DNA from: Paludibacteraceae bacterium
GTDB taxonomy: Bacteria; Bacteroidota; Bacteroidia; Bacteroidales; Paludibacteraceae
Assembly: GCA_017450605.1 (NCBI GenBank)
Contig: JAFSTG010000044.1
Location: forward strand, 3,130-67,129
Length of the DNA: 64,000 nucleotides
Reading direction: 5' to 3'
The notes under the pieces are model-generated. The model did no database searches, was not told where the DNA came from, and was given only the letters and a program-made list of their open reading frames with translations. Position numbers and translations under genes: made by a program. Each line of letters starts with the position of its first letter. Position 1 is the first letter of the stretch. This document shows positions 57,601 through 64,000 of the stretch, one piece after another.

Positions 57601-58620
57601 TTGATAACCACAACCTATAACTATTACCGTCGCGACCACTTAGGTAATATCGTTTCTGTGTGGGATGCGACCAACGATACAACCGTTCAGCGCACCTTCT
57701 ATTATGCTACAGGCATGCCGATGCCTGAGAGCCGCGGGCGCAGCAAGCAGCCGAACCTCTATAACGGTAAGGAATACGAGCAGGTTCATGGCTATAATGT
57801 ATATGACTTTGGCGCCCGGGGTTACTATGCAGCCGTTGCCCGTTTTACAAGTATTGACCCGCTCGCAGAAAACACCCCATGGCAATCGCCCTACAACTAT
57901 GCGTCGAATAACTTTATCGCCGAAATAGACTGGATGGGGTTAGGAGATGTATATACAACAAATAATCAGGATGCTATTGCATCTCTGCTCGGATATCTAT
58001 CAAATGGAGGCTCGCTAAATGATTATGATTTTGATGAAAGCGAGGGGTGGATAGATGTAACTGATGAGGTAAGAGGCTATTTGGGTTTAAAAGAAGTTTA
58101 TTTCAATATTAACTCATGGATTGATACCGATAATAGCTATGGAACAGGACCTTTTATAGGGAAAGAACTAATGATTAAGGGTTTTTATGTCAATCCAACT
58201 ACTGATATACTAAAAATTATTGACTTGATTGATGGAAAAAGTGATGAAAATGCTTTAGATTCTAATCATTGGCTTCTTAATCCTTTGTTTGGCGATAATG
58301 TATCAGCAATAAGTTTATTATTAGAACGATACAAAAGTGCTTCGAGAATCGGTCAACTAATGACTTCTTTGTCTTATTCTATAAACTTTATTCAGTATCT
58401 TAGCCTATTGCAAACCGCCCAAAAACAAGGTATATCAGTTGGTTGGTGGTATAATTTTACAAAAACCACAATAGGTTTAATCCCAATCAAAGAGATTCAA
58501 ATGATAATACTTGTTGTTGACACGTATGATTATATATGGAGTGTATACAATAAGCAGTATAAGCAATTGGATAATCATTTAAATAGTATAGATTTCTGGG
58601 CATATTACTATGGCTACTAA
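54667..58620 (+). CDS. Rhs-family polymorphic toxin: Sec signal, lamin-tail domain, DUF6443-like region, YD repeats, Rhs core, variable C-terminal toxin
   Basis: 1317 aa. MRLGRLYIVILFCCLSADVWSQ signal. LTD pattern VIINQVFYD...NGEFIELYNTQDSAVSLSGWHL. Many YD repeats (YVYDDLGRLRYV, YRYDNRGNCIYK, YDRLGQLAL, YYYDKYGQLIQQ, YQYDNLKRLTSS, YDDMGNILTLER, RYDANGNLI). Core: RRDHLGNIV...YNGKEYE...YDFGARGYYAAVARFTSIDPLAE...NNFIAEIDWMGLG. An AT-rich unique tail follows. Confidence 0.88.
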   Translation: MRLGRLYIVILFCCLSADVWSQVIINQVFYDSPLNEEITHPPYSNGEFIELYNTQDSAVSLSGWHLHGGGKTERYDFPSNITLSAHGYLSVAYRHLQTSSFVLDSLIELPDSYLVLYQRKVILSNSGEGLALYNADNMRVDTMRYTARPAKNADSIPLADCLSMQRIGISYNQNQHGVYQSQDWVAGFVNFAQTAPTQQSWLPDADYYGGSLMVSNDKAYIVRVSSRSSTSGITSTEGDVLVSGGGMADVTITWYDPLGRNIQSTQRRKTSSGKNIVTSTLYTASNSTRQWLPLPTESNDFFEESVFASSATSYYDDNAPYRETVYEKLYKGRPTTTTQAGVEYQSHPATESYGVNVSDEVVRWSVGQQQVLKEGCYSEGTLQKLTHADEDGHAATIFTDAAGKKIMLRMGDDVETYYVYDDLGRLRYVLPPAAVKALSSCSSFTDSAEPVRHYAYIYRYDNRGNCIYKKLPGIEPIYMVYDRLGQLALTQDGNQRQRGDYWTAIRYNQYGDMVIRCEILSASSSHADMLSYWSDKTALASFSLEPSNRAIAGTGYIDANESLQVSQMLEVNYYDDYASLSCLPDSISNRLTYQQLSGYDTRSNNAIGMLTSKRIYTLGDTTYTYTVYYYDKYGQLIQQRASEWDGSYEYSYMAYNFDGSVANTLKQRSQITETYTYEYDITGMPTRTLYSINNSEPTVLSADSYDDLSRLTNRQRHNAADSESYEYDLRGNLTQTQSGDFTELLVYVSGNIGYCGTISEMTVVQDTIQQNWHYQYDNLKRLTSSSLTNGNSAQRLSEQLTYDDMGNILTLERYVGGVLTDDLEYSYRGNQLVGLTNYAEPSDTYDITQYPDRSDADTTMRYDANGNLIADFDRQISAIQYNLLNLPTQVQFSNGNAIVNTYNAGGVKLSTTYYTLPENVVVPIGTILPIEYTSSDVSVYQKRYFGNVEYESFANDTTVQVRIHNAEGYVAATLSNDHLITTTYNYYRRDHLGNIVSVWDATNDTTVQRTFYYATGMPMPESRGRSKQPNLYNGKEYEQVHGYNVYDFGARGYYAAVARFTSIDPLAENTPWQSPYNYASNNFIAEIDWMGLGDVYTTNNQDAIASLLGYLSNGGSLNDYDFDESEGWIDVTDEVRGYLGLKEVYFNINSWIDTDNSYGTGPFIGKELMIKGFYVNPTTDILKIIDLIDGKSDENALDSNHWLLNPLFGDNVSAISLLLERYKSASRIGQLMTSLSYSINFIQYLSLLQTAQKQGISVGWWYNFTKTTIGLIPIKEIQMIILVVDTYDYIWSVYNKQYKQLDNHLNSIDFWAYYYGY
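57388..57946 (+). repeat. rhs 3' core-encoding segment that recurs in downstream orphan cassettes
   Basis: 57388-57610 matches 63780-64000 with about 8 mismatches in 221 nt by eye. 57677-57946 matches 61602-61871 with roughly 10% mismatch. 57118-57140 plus about 57818-57940 match 60112-60270. Confidence 0.9.
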
Positions 58621-59176
58621 TAAAAAAGAATATCAATATAGTGTAAACAAGGGGCGAACTATACTTCTGGTGTTAAAGCATTTGATGTATTCTATGCTTA
58701 TATTATTCCCGTTTGTATATGGCTTATTAGGATGTAAAGAAGAGGATAAGTTAACTTTTGCATTAATTCTATCTTTTTTCATCCTATTAGACCTTTCATG
58801 GATAACGCTAGGCATTTTCCACTATTTATATGACAAAGATTCAAAATTATACTATAACGAGCAAGATAATTCTTTCATCTTCATACATAAAGATGTAGAA
58901 TATAATTTTAAAGTCAGTGATATTAAATATCATAAAAGTTATTGGCATAAGGCAAATGCATTGAAAATTAACATACTAATACTTAAAGATGGAACACAAA
59001 TATGTATGTTCGAATGGTTAAATGTAGATCACTTTATTAAAAAAATTATTAGTAAATCGAAGTTGCAATTAGAAGATTATGATGAAATTAGTACTCCTTT
59101 TCTTAGGTTTCACTATGAGACTATATGCGCAATAATAGAACATAGAGACCCACATTACAATTGCAGCGAGCAATGA
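58610..59176 (+). CDS. putative cognate immunity protein (two TM helices plus cytoplasmic domain)
   Basis: 188 aa. The ATG overlaps the last 11 nt of the rhs gene. Two hydrophobic helices are present (LMYSMLILFPFVYGLLG, FALILSFFILLDLSWITLGIF). The call rests on position and on sharing AT-rich composition with the toxin tip. Confidence 0.55.
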   Translation: MATNKKEYQYSVNKGRTILLVLKHLMYSMLILFPFVYGLLGCKEEDKLTFALILSFFILLDLSWITLGIFHYLYDKDSKLYYNEQDNSFIFIHKDVEYNFKVSDIKYHKSYWHKANALKINILILKDGTQICMFEWLNVDHFIKKIISKSKLQLEDYDEISTPFLRFHYETICAIIEHRDPHYNCSEQ

Positions 59177-59316
59177 CAATGGTACGTAATTATATACATA
59201 GACTATGTAAGTAAAAAGATTTGTTTCAGAACAGAATATCATTATATGTTGTCGCCAGATAAAATTTATTTTACAATAACTGACGTTCAAATAGTTCTTT
59301 TTTCTGTTATGATATT

Positions 59317-59928
59317 ATGAAGACAATTTTTAAATTTAAGACTTATTCTGAAGGTATTAGGGATTACTATATTGTAAGTGGAAAAGAGAAAGAAATATGG
59401 ATGCGACTCAGCATCATAAAGTTGGTTTTTGTTTCGCTTATATGGTATCTTTGGGAATACATAGCCGTTATTAGTATACTTATTATTGTGCTACCTCGTG
59501 AAATATTAGATTCTATTTATTCATCAGGTTGGATATTATATGCGTGTTATGCCATAATATTTTTAATATGTGAGATTGTCCCTACTGTTGTAAGAGTTAG
59601 ATCATATTATAAAAAAAATTCACAAATTGCATTCGAAGAAGTTGTTGATGGTAAACTAATTAAGTACAAACGTGCTTTTTTTCTTCCATACAAGTCATTC
59701 TTTCCTAACTTTTTATCTTTTATTCCTACAGGCAACCCAGTCACTTTTCCTTTGACTATTGCTGATAGACAATGGTACTATACCATTGGAATAAATGAAA
59801 ATAATGAAATGAAGTGTAAATGTGATGCTTGTGGTGAAATATTTTCTATTACGAATAATACATTATACACATTGTGCCCACATTGTTATACGCAGAATCA
59901 GATACTATTTCTTACTGATTCTTACTGA
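59317..59928 (+). CDS. membrane protein with C-terminal CxC-x2-C...CxxC zinc ribbon (cassette family member 1)
   Basis: 203 aa with two TM helices and the C-terminus EMKCKCDACGEIFSITNNTLYTLCPHCYTQN. It is a paralogue of the 60890-61492 product. Confidence 0.6.
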   Translation: MKTIFKFKTYSEGIRDYYIVSGKEKEIWMRLSIIKLVFVSLIWYLWEYIAVISILIIVLPREILDSIYSSGWILYACYAIIFLICEIVPTVVRVRSYYKKNSQIAFEEVVDGKLIKYKRAFFLPYKSFFPNFLSFIPTGNPVTFPLTIADRQWYYTIGINENNEMKCKCDACGEIFSITNNTLYTLCPHCYTQNQILFLTDSY

Positions 59929-60111
59929 TCCGCACTTAAGCCTCATTTGAAATAAATTAGCCATAAATTAGTCATCCATTATTATTTACGTTAATGTGTG
60001 CGGATAACTAGAGTATAATACGTTTATTATCTGTCGTGTGAAAATTATATTAAACTAAATTATAATATTATGAAGGTCAAATTTTTATCAGTGCTGCTCG
60101 TTGCAGCTGTT

Positions 60112-60649
60112 GTGTTGACCGATGACCTCGAATCTTGGAGCAAGAGGCTATTATGCCACGATAGTCCGCTTTACAAGTATTGACCCGCTCGCAGAAAACA
60201 CCCCGTGGCAATCGCCCTACAGCTATGCATCAAATAACTTTATCGCCGAAATCGACTGGATGGGGATGGGAGATGTATAAAGAATTGCCAAATGGCTGAA
60301 AGCACAAGGTGTCGGTGAGTCCGAGAAACAGAATCTTGATGCCATGCGACCATTTTTTCAGGGAATTATTTTATTAAATCCATTGGTTGATTTAACAAAC
60401 AATATAAAAATTGTTACAACAGGTTCTAATATCTATGGAACAGAATCAACGAATGTTGATAAGTTTTTGGCAGTTACCGGCTTTATTTTATTTGGTGTAA
60501 ATAATATCAAATATATAGCTAAACCTATTATAAAAATTATAAAAAGTCCTATTTGCGAACGTATATTTTCGTATATCGAAAAATTATTAACACTTTATTC
60601 AGCTGCTGATACTATAAAAAATGAAAAAAATAAAGCAAACAATAATTAG
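60112..60649 (+). pseudogene. degenerate orphan rhs cassette: internally deleted core remnant, in-frame TAA, then alternative toxin tip
   Basis: A 22-nt match to rhs 57118-57140 is joined out of frame to a core remnant (LGARGYYATIVRFTSIDPLAENTPWQSPYSYASNNFIAEIDWMGMGDV). A TAA at 60278-60280 follows. The same frame then continues RIAKWLKAQGVGE...MRPFFQG... to 60649 (track ORF 60344-60649). Confidence 0.7.
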
Positions 60650-60833
60650 AATGCTTAAAGCATTATTAAGGAATATCGTATGTTTTTTTTGCTATGCTAT
60701 TATACGTTCTTATTATCCGGCTCTTGGTATGCCGCCGGCACCAATAGCTGATACACTATCTGATTCTACATTCTGGATTCTTTTTGCTATATTCTACCCA
60801 ATAATGTATGTTGATGTTATCCTCCATGAATAA
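60621..60833 (+). CDS. small membrane protein, putative immunity for the degenerate orphan tip
   Basis: 70 aa with two hydrophobic segments. It overlaps the end of the orphan tip ORF by 29 nt, mirroring the rhs/immunity overlap at 58610. Confidence 0.4.
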   Translation: MKKIKQTIIRMLKALLRNIVCFFCYAIIRSYYPALGMPPAPIADTLSDSTFWILFAIFYPIMYVDVILHE

Positions 60834-60889
60834 TAGTTCATTATTGAAGACAACGTTATTTATCGTTATTTGTTAAAATATTATATTTT

Positions 60890-61492
60890 ATGAATGAAAT
60901 ATTTAAATTAATCACACCAAATGGAGTAGAGGATTTCCGCATTCTTAATGAAAATGAAAGAAAAAGATGGGTTATATGGAATCATATAAAAATTAGCTTT
61001 TTCTGTATCATTTCAGATGCAGCAGGATTATGTTTGTTATATTTTCTTGTGGTTAGTTTTTTACACTTATTTTTTAACTTTTCAGATATGTTTTTTACAT
61101 ATATTTATATCTCTGTTACCTTGATAGTCATTTTTATTCATTTAGTTGTAGTGAACATCATGGAATATAAAGAACATGAACTTGAATGGGCATTCGATGA
61201 TATTGAAGAAGGTGTAACTATTCACTATAAACGAATTTTATTTATAAAAGACTCTTATTGGATAATACATATACTAAATTTTATATTTGGATTTATGTTG
61301 GGGCGAATAACTTATGTAGCATTCGCTAATACCAATAAGACTTATTGCTATTGCATTATAGGAGTAAATAACAAAAAAGAAATGAAATGCAAATGTGGTA
61401 ATTGTAAAGCCCTGATACCTATTTATAGAAATACTTTAAATAGTAAGTGTCCGCATTGTAATTATCAAAATATTCTTTATATATTGCAATAG
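60890..61492 (+). CDS. membrane protein with C-terminal zinc ribbon (cassette family member 2)
   Basis: 200 aa with TM helices and the C-terminus EMKCKCGNCKALIPIYRNTLNSKCPHCNYQN. It shares IFK, E.E..W, I.YKR and IG.N...EMKCKC motifs with the 59317-59928 product. Confidence 0.6.
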   Translation: MNEIFKLITPNGVEDFRILNENERKRWVIWNHIKISFFCIISDAAGLCLLYFLVVSFLHLFFNFSDMFFTYIYISVTLIVIFIHLVVVNIMEYKEHELEWAFDDIEEGVTIHYKRILFIKDSYWIIHILNFIFGFMLGRITYVAFANTNKTYCYCIIGVNNKKEMKCKCGNCKALIPIYRNTLNSKCPHCNYQNILYILQ

Positions 61493-61495
61493 CCG

Positions 61496-62257
61496 TTGGT
61501 CTTTTGTGCAAGTTTGTTATTTTATGCGGCTTTATCGTTCATTCTGGAGAATAATACTTTTTTGAAATGCTGTTTTTATCATCATCTAATGTCGTTTTAT
61601 TATACAATCGTTCAGCGCACATTCTATTATGCTACAGGCATGCCGATGCCTGAGAGCCGCGGGCGCAGCAAGCAGCCGAACCTATATAACGGAAAGGAAT
61701 ACGAGCAGGTTCATGGCTATGATGTATATGACTTTGGTGCAAGAGGCTATTATGCCACGATAGCACGCTTTACGAGTATTGACCCGCTTGCAGAAAACAC
61801 CCCGTGGCAATCGCCCTACAGCTATGCATCAAATAACTTTATCGCCGAAATCGACTGGATGGGGTTAGGAGGATATAATGCGTATAACAATGATTTATTT
61901 ATTACTCCTCACTTAACTATCGTGGATGAGTCTGGGAATATTATCGTTCAAGTTGTTAATGAGGATTATACTGTTTACATGAAGAAAGAAGATTCGGATG
62001 CCCTCATTATTGTAGGTTATGAAATAAGAGTTGAAAATACAATAATTGGATATGCTGGTGTAGATATTAATAATTTTACCATATATAGTTCAAAAAATTA
62101 TGATCAATTATATGGTGAAACAATGATTGGGGGACTATATAGTGGAACGGAATCAAGAGCGAGAAAATGGGGAGGCTTTAATGATTTGGGAGTATTTATG
62201 AAATATGGTTTTGGTAAAAGTAACTTTTTAATTTATGACATCATAGTAGATTTTTAG
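61496..62257 (+). CDS. orphan Rhs C-terminal cassette (core remnant plus a third, different toxin tip)
   Basis: From 61602 the DNA matches rhs 57677-57946 (TIVQRTFYYATGMPMPESRGRSKQPNLYNGKEYE...IDWMGLG). A unique 128-aa tail follows. The upstream 35 codons and the TTG start are not rhs-like, so independent expression is doubtful. Confidence 0.7.
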   Translation: MVFCASLLFYAALSFILENNTFLKCCFYHHLMSFYYTIVQRTFYYATGMPMPESRGRSKQPNLYNGKEYEQVHGYDVYDFGARGYYATIARFTSIDPLAENTPWQSPYSYASNNFIAEIDWMGLGGYNAYNNDLFITPHLTIVDESGNIIVQVVNEDYTVYMKKEDSDALIIVGYEIRVENTIIGYAGVDINNFTIYSSKNYDQLYGETMIGGLYSGTESRARKWGGFNDLGVFMKYGFGKSNFLIYDIIVDF

Positions 62258-63026
62258 CACTATATGGTATAATATCATATACAAAATCTAATAATTGTAA
62301 TAACGTTTTAAATGAAGATAGTAGTCCATATTCATGCAATCCCTCAAGTACTGAACAATATTCAATTTTAACTAAAAAGTATAAGAAATCTAATTTTTTT
62401 GTTCAGATGAATGGTAAAATTATTGAAGTTTGGTTAGATCAGTTTAATGAGCCTTATTATGGTACTCCACCAGATTCTGTTGTATTTGTAATTTCAAAGA
62501 AAAATTAATAAAAGAAACCAATCTGTCGAACAATAGTAAATAGTTGTAAATAAATGCATTACTCAAGTGTTTTGTGCTTTAAATTGTCAATGTGAATATA
62601 TTGTTTATTATTGCTTGTTAGACAAAGATTAAAAGGTATTCGGACAACGCGTACAAATCGTCAAAATCAGCATATAAATACTTGCGAAATGTCGACATAA
62701 AGATGTCAAAACCTTTATCACAAAGCATTAAACCCGCTTATTTACTCACCTAAATGAATGAACAAAATAGGCAATCATTTTGAATAAGAACCTATTGAAC
62801 ATTTTTAGACACGATTGCGGCTTGATGCAAACTCGATAGTTTATGCATCTTTTGAAAGTGTCCATAACACATATTTGCTGATTCAACAATGCAAAGATTT
62901 TAGACTTTGAAGAATACTAATATATGTTTTTAATCAACACTTTATAAGACGATTTTATCACATTCGGAGTTTCTCAATCGAAAAATAAAACTAATATAAA
63001 CAAAGGATTCATTAATTTCATAGCTT

Positions 63027-63758
63027 ATGCTACTTAAAATATACTTTAATTTGCTAATTACCTATTGCGATAGATTATTCAATCTGAATAGGTTATTTTT
63101 TTATTCAATTATTATTTGTACTTTTTGTGTTAATTGCTCTAATAAACAAAATCACATTGTTTACGATAAAATTTTATCAAATAATAATTGCATTAAAATA
63201 GAAGGTTATAATTGTAAAGATACTATATGCATACAATATTATAATAAAGATAAACTCTCTACCGAATACATTTTTAATGGTTTAAATAATCCCACAAAGA
63301 TTGAGTATTATGAAGACGGATGTATAAAATACAAAGGTAAATTAACTTTTGATTCAAATTTAGAACCACAACATAATTTTATTTCTCAACAATCAAAAAT
63401 AATACTAAAACATGAAATTGCCTCACAAAATATAAAAGATGTATATATTTTATCGGATGAGAAAAAAAATGTAACTATAACTGCAAACACTTTCTTCTTT
63501 GTAGAAACATATATAGAAAACTATCATCCCACTCAATATAAAGTGTATATTCAAGAATTTGGTACAAAAAACAAAAATATTGTAGAATTAAAAAGTATGT
63601 GGGATATAAATCCCCTCGATATATATAGTGGTGTTTATTATTTCCAAACAAAAAATCAGAACTACAAGATAAATATTTTTTTAAAAGACACAAGCAACAA
63701 TAATCCAATTGATAACACAAATTCAATATGTTACACGTTAGACGTGAAAATGATATAG
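63027..63758 (+). CDS. AT-rich hypothetical lipoprotein within the cassette array
   Basis: 243 aa with a hydrophobic N-terminus ending in the lipobox-like FCVNCS. Asn/Lys/Ile-rich composition; no recognised motif. Confidence 0.4.
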   Translation: MLLKIYFNLLITYCDRLFNLNRLFFYSIIICTFCVNCSNKQNHIVYDKILSNNNCIKIEGYNCKDTICIQYYNKDKLSTEYIFNGLNNPTKIEYYEDGCIKYKGKLTFDSNLEPQHNFISQQSKIILKHEIASQNIKDVYILSDEKKNVTITANTFFFVETYIENYHPTQYKVYIQEFGTKNKNIVELKSMWDINPLDIYSGVYYFQTKNQNYKINIFLKDTSNNNPIDNTNSICYTLDVKMI

Positions 63759-63779
63759 AAATTTCGAATTAGTATATTA

Positions 63780-64000
63780 AAACTATCAACCACGTATTAC
63801 ACCTTACCTGAGAATGTAGTAGTACCGATAGGTACGATAATGCCAATAGAATACACGTCGTCGGATGTCTCTGTTTATCAAAAGAGATACAGCGGAAACG
63901 TAGAGTACGAGAGTTTTGCCAACGACACCACCGTGCAAGTAAGAATACACAATGCCGAAGGGTATGTGGCGGCAACACTTAGTAACGACCACTTGATAAC
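63780..64000 (+). pseudogene. start-less orphan rhs 3' fragment, continues beyond window end
   Basis: In frame and about 96% identical to rhs 57388-57610 (KLSTTYYTLPENVVVPIGT...). The frame opens only at 63759, after a TAG, with no start codon before the homology. Confidence 0.8.

Noticed and set aside
60070-60183. 37-aa ORF MKVKFLSVLLVAAVVLTDDLESW... with a signal-peptide-like start
   Set aside because: It is a chimeric reading across the deletion junction of the degenerate orphan rhs fragment and is out of frame with the core remnant, so it is unlikely to be a real gene.
61496-61601. TTG start and first 35 codons of the orphan cassette ORF
   Set aside because: This N-terminal stretch (MVFCASLLFYAALSF...) has no counterpart in the main Rhs protein and directly follows the stop of the preceding gene. 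It is probably read-through of non-coding DNA rather than a true start.
48300-64000. Search for T6SS (Hcp, VgrG, PAAR, TssB/C), T7SS, integrase or transposase genes associated with the Rhs island
   Set aside because: None of the ORFs in or next to the island shows the corresponding motifs. The island cannot be called a mobile element or a T6SS effector locus from this window alone, and genes outside the window are not excluded.

Overview
This 64-kb window looks like a Bacteroidota (Bacteroidales-like) chromosome. The clues are TAnnTTTG -7 promoter boxes upstream of many genes, a T9SS C-terminal sorting domain, BACON-type repeats, and a GldJ-like lipoprotein. All calls come from reading the supplied ORF translations and the DNA by eye. 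No homology search, HMM or RNA-folding tool was run.

Positions 1-48,300 are ordinary housekeeping genes. They include ansA, pepD, ddl, a polyprenyl synthase, HU, a rhomboid protease, folP-cdaA, metG, ispD, clpC, trxA, htrA, rpoD, lpxD-lpxC-lpxA, a UvrD-type helicase, rpsF-rpsR-rplI-rpmE and an RluA-family synthase. Three tRNAs are present: Met-CAT, Arg-TCT and Leu-TAA.

Oddities in the housekeeping part:
- a response regulator with a degenerate receiver domain
- a 45-bp tandem repeat downstream of trxA
- a 1-nt frameshift in lpxD
- an lpxC without the fabZ fusion
- a duplicated tRNA-Leu 3' end that looks like an integration scar
- a three-gene lipoprotein operon
- a 600-bp ORF-free gap with its own promoter and terminator on the minus strand

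Positions 48,300-64,000 are an AT-rich accessory region and the most interesting part of the window. It starts with a lipoprotein-signal/TPR/TM/LuxR-like regulator. Next comes a tightly coupled operon of four Sec-signal proteins: a small beta-sandwich-like protein, a T9SS-CTD protein, a 976-aa protein with an SpvB/TcB-like N-terminus and YD repeats, and a 1317-aa lamin-tail-domain Rhs toxin. No T6SS, T7SS or PAAR genes are visible. Downstream is an array of toxin-tip/immunity cassettes and at least three orphan rhs 3' fragments. A recurring membrane protein with a C-terminal zinc ribbon is interleaved with these cassettes.
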